A DNA stretch of 52,548 bases, the filler included, from Basidiobolus ranarum (taxonomy: Eukaryota): the NCBI GenBank assembly GCA_040143965.1. It is 3 parts of 3 records of this genome, joined end to end, with 100 filler letters (N's around TTAATTAATTAA, not from the genome) between each part and the next. Parts side by side here need not be neighbours in the genome. Positions count along the whole stretch, not along the records: positions 35,151 to 52,548 come from JASJQH010007181.1; 2 more parts are not named here. The stretch is one strand, 5' to 3'. This document shows, piece by piece, positions 37,563-48,303 of the stretch. The notes beneath the pieces are model-generated. The model was not told the DNA's origin. It searched no databases and saw only the letters and a list, made by a program, of their open reading frames with translations. Within the stretch, counting starts at the first letter, position 1. Each line of letters opens with the position of its first letter. The position numbers and the translations under genes were made by a program.

Positions 37563-39686
37563 TTTTCTCTGATTCACTTTTCCAGAAAGTGTTAGATTTG
37601 AATAGATAGTTGCTTTGATGAATTATCAACGTAGATAATGACTTTCTTTATAGCTTAAAGCTAGAATGATAAATCCACTGTCTATTGCCGTTCAATTCTC
37701 AAAAATTTGACTTCCATTCAATGAAGCTCTATATACCCTTGAAAATTTTCAGGAAGTTATCAAAGTAAATTGGCCATGATGTTCACCTTCGAAATGGTGT
37801 CAGCGTAATAGATAGTTTAATATTCGTAATTTCCATGGGCCTCGTTCCATATAAAAAATGAATACATTACCTTACTAAGGCATTTATTTGAAGTTAACCT
37901 AGAAGGGTAAAGAATAGGTTTAGAAGAGTAAGCTAGGCGCGAGTTCTTTAATTAATATAGTACCATATTAGGAATGTAGATATTAAGGACAAGTAATATG
38001 ATAGGCAATATAGTTAACACTATAAACATTGTTGCAGTTTAATAATAGGCCAGTATATGTCCTAAATCACCGGTAAAAGAAACACCCGAATTCTTCTTGT
38101 CTTAACAAAGGTTAGAGAAGTAATTAGTAGTAATAATCTTAATGTAATTGAACAAATAGATGTAGGAATAAAGCGTCACCAAATCATTAGCAAAAATTGG
38201 CAGTTCTATTTCGTTGCTAATACACCTAGGTACATGGGTTCCTTGTTTACCCATACACTTTCTACTAATTTCTTTTACTCCACTCATACTCGATAAGGTA
38301 AATCTTTGACATATCTGAGCGAAGCACATGGTGTAGATACCAAAAGAGGCCCCAAGATTGAAACATGTATGGAACAATGGTATACAGCAATCAAAAAAGT
38401 GAGTTTTAGTAAGAGACAGGCGGTTTATTAAGAACAGCACTATTACTGAGTAAGTGTGCTTAGATAACTCATGCTATAGTTTAAAATTACTGTATGTACA
38501 TTATTGAAGTAGCCATTGTATTGTATTGGTTGAGTGTTATACAGAATGGCTCACTTCAAGTAAGTAGGTGTAAGGATTAAAGTACATATTTTTCATTTAT
38601 TGAATTCCAAATTTTGCCCTCAGAACATAAATGTACGCGCTAAGAATGCCATCACCTTGGAGTTGAATTATACTGCAATGGAGAGTAGTTAGTTCTAGAC
38701 TCAGGTGAGTTCTTTAGATATTAGCTTATGTCTCTTCGAGAATAACTATCAGATAGATGAACAGTGGAATATGAATCCTGTTGATTGATGGTCAAGTAAA
38801 GAGAGACTGCTAACAAACCCTGTGGTACCAAGATTAGTATTTGACTTGGGAGAAATATAAATAAAAAGCAAGTAATTGCTGTAACAACTCCCTGATTAGA
38901 TTGTTTGGGTATTTGCAAATCATCAGCGAGTTCTTGGATATGTCTTCAGAGTGTTGAAATTCCATTACTTATTATTGTGTTTGCTGACCTCGGCATTTTA
39001 CACATACTCAGTATCTAGAAGTGAAATTACAGTATAATATATTGATATTTAATCCCTTATTCGTAGCGCCATTTACCAGTTAATATCTAGAGCTAGCCAC
39101 ACAAGGGACTTTGGTCTATTGTATCCACACCACATACAAAGTAAAAGACCATTTGATCCTAAAATAATCAATTTCAATAATGTTCGATTGTGCCATCATA
39201 CCCCAGCGATCTTCTCGGAAAACAATTGTTAACATAGGAAAGTGGTCAAACAGAAAATAGCTTCTTGAAACCAACCGGTAATGTTTGCCTTCACCGGGTG
39301 AGCTAAACCAAGTAATAATGATAACCAGCCCTGACAAGTTTAATTAAATTTATCAACAAGGCGCCGTAAAAGCACAGTTTAATAAGCGTTTTCGGATAGT
39401 CACATTGCTAGTAATCACATTACTAATATCCCTGTTAATCCTTGATCTTGGCTGGGTGATAATTGGTTTCAAATGCGTAAGAGACATTGTTCGTGTAAAT
39501 ACTCCAATACCACTTATTTTCCATGCTTCAATTCCGCTCTTTTCCACCGCCCCCTTTATGTCTCTTTGCGCTTTCGCTCTCCCTTTTGTATGCTTCGTTA
39601 TAGCAACATAAAAGGGGAGTCACAATCATTTCATCCAATCAGGACGAACGCACTAGCTAGCATTTATATAGTCATAGACTTGCTCG

Positions 39687-39734
39687 GTTGCTGTGAATAT
39701 TAGTTGCTGTGAATATTAGTTGCTGTAAACATTA
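39687..39734. repeat. 16-bp tandem repeat x3 (GTTGCTGTGAATATTA)
   Basis: Two exact copies and one diverged copy, read directly. Confidence 0.85.
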
Positions 39735-40107
39735 ATATCAAGACCTAGCTTATTATGGAGTGTTATTGGACGAGAAGGATGAGGGGCATTTCGCACGTTC
39801 CTGAAACCTTATACTACATATTCCTCGGCGCCCATTGGTCACATCGATCGTTGGTATGATATTGTTTCGGATCGTTTTGAGACTTAATCAACACATCCAT
39901 CCTCGGGATAGAGTGAGTTTGGTATACTTGTTTCTGCAACCCCGTAATCATCGACGTAATCCTCTTTACTCACTATCCAGTTATTAGCAACTAAGTATCA
40001 CTTGACTAGATCACGTAGCTATAAAAACCTGCGCCATTTCCCCCCTTGATTTTCAGAACTTCCACTATCGCCTATTCTCGTATTCAGGTGAATTAATATC
40101 ATTGCAG

Positions 40108-40202
40108 ATTGGCTTCTCTATTCTCACAAGCCAGCTTTTACTGAGTTCCATTGGCTTCTTTATTCTCACAAGTCAGCTTTTACTGAGTTCCATTGGCTTC
40201 TC
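40108..40202. repeat. 42-bp tandem repeat, ~2.3 copies, in the 5' leader of the APSES gene
   Basis: ATTGGCTTCTYTATTCTCACAAGYCAGCTTTTACTGAGTTCC starting at 40108 and 40150, partial at 40192. Confidence 0.9.
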
Positions 40203-40279
40203 TTTTACTTCTGCTCATTGTACATCTTTCGTTGTTACTACTGTTCTTGTCGCACCCACGCCCGATAAGCTTTACTAGA

Positions 40280-41260
40280 ATGATATCTCCTGATATGCAA
40301 GGAATACATGTCCCGTTTACCACTGCCAAGCACCAAGTGCATTGTGCCAAGTACTCAACATCGTTAGATCCTCGAGGCTACATACCAGTATTCGAGTATA
40401 TTATATGCGAGCAACCCATCTTGTGGGATCGTGAGACAGGGTATGTTTATTGGACTGGAATATGGAAAGCCATGGGGAGAGAGAAAAGTGAGATAGCCAA
40501 GCTAGTTGACGCCAATACTGAGTTGTCTTGTGAAATTAAGAAGATCCGCGGCGGGTTCTTGAAGATTCAAGGTACTTGGTTGCCATATGAACGTGCATAT
40601 GAGTTAGCCATCAAAACATGCTGGTATATTCGTGAAGACCTGGAGCCAGTCTTTGGTCCAAGTTTCTTACAAGATGTGTTGAGCCCTACACATCCCAACT
40701 CGCTATCACGCGTTCCCATAACACTTGAGGAACGTAAAAGTAAGGCTATGGAAAGTGCACTATCTCGTCAAAGGGCTAAAATTCTTAAGAGTGGCATGGT
40801 TAGCCCTCCCACCACTCCTAAGCCGTATGGTGAGAACGGTACGCCTAGCCCTGTAAAGATCAACAAACGTAAACGAGACATTGGCTCGAAGGTGCAAAAG
40901 CTTCGGCGTAACACCAATCCGGACTTGAACGAACATGGCTTTATCTCGATTGAGGATGAAGTCGATCCGGTCATGTATACAACTGGGCCCTACACCAATG
41001 AGCCCTTACTTTCGCCCATTCGTAAAGCCAAACCGACTGGGAAGAAGTCGAAATATGAGAACTTCAACCATGAGTTTGTTGATAGTCCACAACAACTTGG
41101 TGAAGCAATATATGCTAGTCTATGCCTTCAACGGCTATCAGTTGATGATGGATCCCGCCCCTGTAATGAGATTGTCTGCGCTCCTCCTACCTCGTTTGTT
41201 ATTGGCAAACATGAGTTTAGATATGTAGATCAGCAATATCGTCTAGCAGTCAAGTGCTGA
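40280..41260 (+). CDS. APSES/KilA-N domain transcription factor (Xbp1-like subgroup)
   Basis: KYSTSLDPRGYIPVFEY, ILWDRETGYVYWTGIWKA, KKIRGGFLKIQGTWLPYERAYELA, LEPVFGPSF. First ATG at 40280. TATAAAA at ~40020. Confidence 0.9.
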   Translation: MISPDMQGIHVPFTTAKHQVHCAKYSTSLDPRGYIPVFEYIICEQPILWDRETGYVYWTGIWKAMGREKSEIAKLVDANTELSCEIKKIRGGFLKIQGTWLPYERAYELAIKTCWYIREDLEPVFGPSFLQDVLSPTHPNSLSRVPITLEERKSKAMESALSRQRAKILKSGMVSPPTTPKPYGENGTPSPVKINKRKRDIGSKVQKLRRNTNPDLNEHGFISIEDEVDPVMYTTGPYTNEPLLSPIRKAKPTGKKSKYENFNHEFVDSPQQLGEAIYASLCLQRLSVDDGSRPCNEIVCAPPTSFVIGKHEFRYVDQQYRLAVKC

Positions 41261-41675
41261 GTGTTGACCTTCTCTGTCCTTTGTTACATTCACTGTAATA
41301 TTATTTGTTAAATGATGTACATATTCCACCCATTTCGCTATACAAAATTACCGACCTTCCGCCCACTGTTTTTAATGATATTTCAACTATTGTTTTTAAT
41401 GATATCCACTCAGACTTTCCTTCCTTCAACTCAACCTTACTCATTGCTATCATCGTCAAAGGAATACAATCCATCCCATCCCATCTCAACCGTGTAGTTA
41501 ACATCCAAATAAATTCCTTATGAACTCAACCAAGTAGATTCCAGATGGTAGCTATCTAACTGATACCATCTTTATGTAAGCAAAATAAAAGGGAATTATT
41601 TACATTTCAATAATGGCTGGATATTAGATTAGAGTAATTATAAGCCTTAAAACTACATTGCTCAATGGATAAGGT

Positions 41676-44600
41676 TCAACCCATATTGAGTTTTGCGATG
41701 ACCCGCGCTCCATCTCGAACGGCTTTCTTCATCTTGTATCCGATTTGAAAGAGAGGATCAACTGGCTTGAGTATCTCCATTTGTTGTTGGTCAGAATGGT
41801 GAGGATTGGTTTCCTCTGTTGGGTTGGGTAGAATCTCCACGTTAGAGTTAGATTCATGGTTTTCCGGCTGAACATGAATCATATCATTGAAAGACTTTTG
41901 TTTTTCCGAAGTGAGTGAACCATAGACCATATCCTCTGGATCCAGTGATTGAGTCCCAGTTTTAGGGTTGAGTCTACGTGGTAACCATAACTTTGGTAAC
42001 ATTCCCACTATGGCTGGATGACTGTAAGCACGCTCGCTAGCATCCAAGATGCCTGAGCATCGACTCATTGGACTTTCTCGATAATCGGTTTTACGTGTAG
42101 GTGTAGCTTCGTATTGATCATCATCCAGTAGATCGACATCTTTGATGGGTTGCATATCTGTATTTTCTCTCTCTCTAGGCAACCCTGGAATGACGAACTC
42201 ACTGAGCTCCAACGGGAGGTACTGGCCACGCTTTTCGAGTGTACGAACAACGTAATGATAAAAGTATATGGTGATCACGAATAATGGTGCGATCAAGAGA
42301 CCAGGAATAAGGGCGTCATTCAAGATCAGCACTCCCAGCATCGTCAGTTGAAAGATGAATATCCCAACTACCAATCTCCTAACAACCACAGGCCAGAAGA
42401 TTCCACCGGTCTCGAATCGTCGAAAATACACTAGAAATGGTCAATAAGATTTAGTAAAATGGATTGACTCTTATTTCCATGATTGGTTGATTGACTCTTA
42501 TTTCCATGATTGGTTCATACCATATAGAAAGTTGTACTTGTGAAATAGATAAGCGATGGAGAAGTAGGCGGCTCCAAACACAAGAATAAGTGGTGTCATA
42601 ACAGAATACGTGAGTACGATTACAAACACGAGCATTGGCACGGGATAAACCCAGCCATAATCAATGTTCACCGGAGTAAGCAATTCGGCGAAATCTCGAG
42701 GTGAGGAGCTAAATAGCTTCCGAACAACAAACAGTATCATTGGTCCCAGTTGTACCAGCTTCAATGGAAGGTAGCCAAGTCCAAGAATCGTAACATAGTT
42801 GATGAAGAATGGTGCAAACTGTAGATGGGTTAGAATTTCTGATCTCTACTCGAAGTTAGAAGATGCTCATACCAATGGTAATTGTCGACCAAGGATGGTG
42901 GTTACTTCGGTTGGTTTGTCCAATATGGCGTAAAATGAAGAGAAAAATGTACTGGCCACGGTGAAGATCAACAGAACATTAATCAACTGAAAAAGAAAAT
43001 ACTTCTTCAACACCGCCATTTCAGTGAGACTACGGGATGGTTTTCTTTGTATCTTAATCAGTGCTAAATTTTAGGTTAACTAGCGATCAACTCAGCAACT
43101 ATCAATAAAACCTACTCTCAAGGATGAATGGTAAAATCGCCATAAAGACCAGTACGAAAATGGATGGCAAAAACTTAAGTATCACTCTTCCGGTGGCAGT
43201 ACCTCCATCTATTGTGAGCTTCTCTAATGCATCCACTCCCAACCAACTAGCCAAAGTAGCCACTGGGTAGGCCCAGAAAAACATCAGGAAAAAGATGGCC
43301 GCTTCGATGATTACTTTCCGAATTAATATTTCACGTCTGGTTCTGTACAGATTGTTCCAAGCTATGTCTCTGGGATCTGGGGCGAACTTAGTAACGCAAG
43401 TAAAAGCTCGAGTGTGGGTCAAAGTCTGGGCAACAATGTTCTTCACATTGGTAAATAAAAATGGAGCATTTAGTAAAGTTTGCTACAAGTTGTTAAGGGA
43501 TAGCAGACTCCTTCAAACTTACTGCGCTATTCTGGTTGACAAAGGTAACGAATCCGACTGATGATGGTGGATAGTTCAAAGATCTAGCTTTGTTAACCAA
43601 AAAGTCGTAATTTTTCATTAACCTATGGTAATGCTGTATCATATCTACTTTTCTACCGAACAATCCGAAGAACCCAGCTTTCATTGAAGGTCTTTTCAAA
43701 TTTGACTCGAATTCTCCGAGACTTCCTTCGGTATTCCAAGCTGCATCCACTAACTGTTGCGGGTCTATCCCCTTCAATTCACAAGGATTTCCTATGCATC
43801 TCACATACGCATCTTCCAACTTTCGAAGATATTCTGCACGCTTCTCAAGGATTCTTGGTAGTTCTTGTAAGTGTGGACAGACATGTGCTGTCTCTACGGG
43901 ACCGACATTCAATTTCTCAAAGAATTGTTGTAAAGCAGCATTGGATCTCAATTTCTCCGGAATGGAAGTGACCATAACCGATCTACCACCAACAGATTTG
44001 GATACCTCGATAAGGTAGGTCCATCGAAGATAGATATATTGCTCATATGTCCGATAAAGAAAATAGAACGTCAACAATGAAAAAAACCACGTAAACACTG
44101 AGTGTGCTGCAAATACTTTAGAACCCTTGGGTATAGATAATCTAGTCAGCGCTACGGCAAAGGAAAGGCTCTTATTTTGGGTGTCAACAGCATTAATATA
44201 GTTGATTGGTAACAAAATGATCACTCCAAAAACACTACTCGAAGCGAACAAAAGAATGGACATTTGGAAGAATTTCAGTAGCTATATGAATTATGTTAAT
44301 TAAAGGTTTTTCTTGTTCTACCATGAAGTTAAGTATTTACCATAACTGCATCCAGACCAACTCGTTCAAGCATATCACTTTGAGGATAGCGTAATACAGG
44401 TATGATCCAACCAAAGAAAGTATTGGATATCGGTGGAGGTGAATTTCTAAGCGAATTAAGGTTATAAAAATATTTTCGGTTACATGAAAGCCAATGCTAT
44501 ATATACCTTCTTAGTCTAGATCTCGGTGTATACATTGCGTGCCAAGTTCGACGTAGAAGACAGAAAATCAAGAAAAGAGGAACCCCGAAGCAAGCGGTAA

Positions 44601-44955
44601 TTAACAATTGGGTCTCCAAAGCAGGAGTACTATTAGCTTGAACTTTAGGGCTACCGGGTACTTCAGGAATATCATTTGTTAAGGCCGGAAAAATCTTTCT
44701 CAGTGCTTCTGCTATTGAGCAGAGCACTGAGTGAGAGTTACAAATGGCTTGGGTCAGTTTTGCTAATGTTGGCAAAGTAAAGCAAACGGAAACAAGTACG
44801 GACAGTAGAAAGGAAAAGAGAGAATAAGCAACAGTTGACTTCTAAAAGTGTCAAGTACGAGATGAAAGTATTTTTCGCTAAATGATTACAATACGATCTA
44901 AGGAATACAATAGACGACTGAAACGCTAACACAAATCATTATAGATTTGCACCAT
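41676..44955 (-). CDS. OSCA/TMEM63 (Csc1/Rsn1/Phm7-like, DUF221) mechanosensitive channel, multi-exon; start approximate
   Basis: FCLLR...MYTPRSRL, FFGWIIPV, VGLDAVM, ILLPINY, RSVMVTSIP, GFVTF, APDPRDIAWNNL, YFLFQLINVL, FFINYV, YSVMTPLIL, ETGGIFWP. Confidence 0.94.
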
Positions 44956-45134
44956 TAGTGTTACGCAGAGATGGTAAATTCTGGAGATAGAATACGCATT
45001 TGAGATTAGAAATCATAGAAGCCCTAATAACTCTTAACCTTGCTCGATCATTAACAGTGTGTGCATCGCGGGGAATGTAACAAATTTATCTGGTTATCTG
45101 CTGTTCTGTCTACCCATCCACATCTGAATCTATT

Positions 45135-45209
45135 TTGAATTAGTAGTTTACCTGAGTCTACTTTAAATTAGTAGTTTACCTGAGTCTACTTTGAATTAAT
45201 GGTTTACCC
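45135..45209. repeat. 28-bp tandem repeat, ~2.7 copies (TTGAATTAGTAGTTTACCTGAGTCTACT)
   Basis: Read directly in the intergenic region between divergent genes. Confidence 0.85.
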
Positions 45210-45686
45210 CAGACAGGTAACACACATCCTAACACACATTGATTTAATATACAAAATAAGTAATTTCATACATTAGTGTGACCTTCCCATCCATTTAAGT
45301 AATAATAAAGTGGACATTAAAACACCATTTAAGTAATAAATCATTTATCGGAATCTTGAGCGGATCTTGGGGAGAATATTTGTAAAGCTGAAACAGTAAT
45401 AGTAAACAGAAATGTTTCTAATCCTAACATGGCCCAGAGTTTGAGTTCTAAAACTCGGTAAACATACATAAACAAATACGTAGTTGGACTCCATCAAATT
45501 TTTTCTATTAAGGCAATGGATATATGCAACGGACAAATACAACGGAAAATTCGTTTTTTAAAGATTGATTGTTTATGTATGTTGTGGTGTTTTGAAGGGT
45601 GTAAGACTTGTTACTAAGAATCATTTCTAATAAAAACCTGCTAGCTTCTACCTCTCTATCCAAGCAAATCATTTCTATTCAACAAT

Positions 45687-46403
45687 ATGCTATTTCACAA
45701 CGCTCTTACCCTTCTATCCCTCATCGCCACTGGTTCAGCCATGTTTGTTGCACCTCATTCTCCAGCGGCTGAGAGTTCTTTGTTCAAACGTTCCCAGAGA
45801 AACGAAGGCCATAGGCACAAATCCAAATCAACCTACGATACCAGTGATAAGTATACTGAGTATGATGGACATTCTGCTGGAAACAATCACCGATATAATG
45901 ATGATAATAGCGCTGGATACCATGAAGGTAACGGTGACTATGACCATCATGCAGGTGAATATGATAATAATGGGCATAAAGGTTACGCTGATGATGGTTA
46001 TTCCGGGAGTGAACGCAATGGTAGAGACTCCGCTGGTTATGAAGGCACTCACCACAGCAATGACAATGAGTATTCCACCGATCATCATGGCGAGAATTAC
46101 CGCCATAAGGATGATTACGATTCACTTCCAGAGAGTCACAGCTATTCTCTATCTGTGGAGTATGAGGAATCTGAACAAGATCACAATAAAGATGCTAAAC
46201 CTAATTCAATTGAAGAAGTCACTCTTGATCAGGTTATCAAACCGGCAGAGGATGACCAGACAAACGATACTTCTCCCGCCACCCCTCCACCATCCCAGCC
46301 GGCTGCTTCCGCACCTACTCCCACCGAAGCTCCATGCTCAAGAGCCATTGATCTAAAGTTGAAACTCTTGGGTGACTCTACTGTGACTGCTTGTGCGTTA
46401 TAA
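45687..46403 (+). CDS. Secreted His/Asp/Gly/Tyr-rich low-complexity protein (238 aa)
   Basis: Signal peptide MLFHNALTLLSLIATGSA, Kex2-like LFKR, H/D/G/Y/N-rich core, P/A/T linker, C-terminal C-x18-C segment. Confidence 0.85.
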   Translation: MLFHNALTLLSLIATGSAMFVAPHSPAAESSLFKRSQRNEGHRHKSKSTYDTSDKYTEYDGHSAGNNHRYNDDNSAGYHEGNGDYDHHAGEYDNNGHKGYADDGYSGSERNGRDSAGYEGTHHSNDNEYSTDHHGENYRHKDDYDSLPESHSYSLSVEYEESEQDHNKDAKPNSIEEVTLDQVIKPAEDDQTNDTSPATPPPSQPAASAPTPTEAPCSRAIDLKLKLLGDSTVTACAL

Positions 46404-46563
46404 TGAGTTATTTTAGAGCTAGCGATATCATAGAATATACAAGAATTCAATATATATATGGCGATTTAGTGAGCCAATAAGAATACATAAATAAAGGGTT
46501 AGATTTACATATAAAATGATAAAATGGGGGGGTTAGAGATGGATATATATTTGATGCGGAATG

Positions 46564-47835
46564 TTATGTGCAACAGTGATGTTGTCTTTTTAAAGTACGA
46601 ACTACACCGGATTCTATTAAGAACTGAGCCACCTCTTTTAGAGATTCCTCCAATGGTATAAAGTGAATTCCCAACTCTTTCTGCACTTTTTCAGAACTGA
46701 GATGAGTCTTCTTAAGCTTTCCTTTGGTAAGTTTCGTAGGCAGCGGGTAGCTAGCAAATTGTGGTTCGCTCGCTAGGATTTTAGCCCAATCCAGTGGGGT
46801 AGTTGAATGCTCACTTGATACAAGGTATCGTCCAGATGCAGTAGGATTCTCAAATGCACGTATATGCGCCTCAACAACATCTCGTATATCCACTGTACAT
46901 TCTTCGATGGAAGGTGCGCCTTTTTCATAATAACTACCATCTAAAATTTCGATAGGATGAGCAATACTCTTGGATTCTGGATGGATACCGATTGAAGAAC
47001 CTACGAATATCAAGATACTAAGTAAATTGGACTCTATTCAAGTTCAGTGAAATATCTACCTACCAATGATGAAAGATGGGTTAATAGCGACAAGACGAAT
47101 CTTCGTCCCTGATACCAATTTCCAAGCTTCTTTTTCAGCTAAAGTTTTTCCGAATGAATATGGACTATCATCTATAGAAGCATCATCATTCCAATCCTAT
47201 CAATAATTATTAAGATGAAAGCTGAACATTAAAGACCATTCCTACTATCCTACCTTCTCGGAGAAGACGTAGTCCTCTGGTTTGGCATGACTTGTTATAG
47301 CAGATATAGAGCTAGTCAGCACCACTGTCGATACGCTATTGCTCTTTATTGCTTCACCAATGACATTACGAGTTCCTTCTATAGCTGGGTCAACTAGTTG
47401 CTTTTTAGGATCAGCGAGAGAATACGAGGTAACCATAGGTGACGCTGTATGAAAAACACATTCACAGCCTGGTATATTTTTGTTAATCTAAATATACAAA
47501 GAGATAATATTCGAACGTTAAAACCCACATACCATCCATAGCCTCTCTGAAACTTCCTTCTGATAACAGATCAGCCTCGAACAGTGAGAGGTCTCCTATG
47601 GAAGTTAACTTTTGCAAAGGAGCGATTTTGATGGAATTATTTAGAGAACGTACTGTGGCACGAACTCTGTAGCCTTTTCTCAATAAACCTTCGATGAGCT
47701 TACTATGACAAAAGAGAAGAAAAAGGAATATTAGTTATCCACGCACTCTACACACTCATATGTATAATAAAAATTCTCACTTTACCTAGCCAAATAGCCA
47801 GTACCTCCGGTGACACACACAGTTTTCTTCGACAT
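46564..47835 (-). CDS. NAD(P)-dependent epimerase/dehydratase family reductase (Gre2/DFR/CCR-like), multi-exon
   Basis: VCVTGGTGYLA, GYRVRATVRS, VFHTASP, PAIEGTRNV, VVLTSS, YSFGKTLAEKEAW, VDIRDVVEAHI. Confidence 0.94.
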
Positions 47836-48303
47836 TATGTAAAGATATAAAGATTTGGGGATCTACTGAAAAGCAGTCTACCACGGTTTTATTATCAATT
47901 CTTCTGTGTAACATGACATTTCTTTATATATTCTAGTTCTAAAAATATACAACTCATGGTAAGTCATACTTTTTTAGACTGTGTAAGGAAATTCGAAAGA
48001 CATTCACTTTAACTAGATTGGATTGTAAAGGCCTAATCGAAGCATAAGTTTCATTTGATTGTGTCTAGTCTGGTGTAGAAACCGAATAGCCAAACAGGCC
48101 ATCTCTTTTATTTCTGCCGATATTATAATTGTGATGATATATTTTTACAAGGAGAATTTTGGAAAGAAAGCTATGTTGGGAAATATTGCAACTTAAACCA
48201 TTTTAAACTATTGCAGTCGCTGAATTATGTGGTCAAGAAAGTATATTCAAACGCTTCGGTGAATCGCTTGGTGAATCGTGAAATACACTAACAAAAAGTG
48301 CTC

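Noticed and set aside
42462-42515. 27-bp direct duplication within the OSCA gene
   Set aside because: It lies inside an intron and leaves the splice sites intact, consistent with ordinary slippage.
14986-46403. A metal-homeostasis cluster (Met-rich GPI protein, phytochelatin synthase, His-rich secreted protein)
   Set aside because: The three genes lie on three different contigs joined by artificial spacers, so linkage is unsupported.
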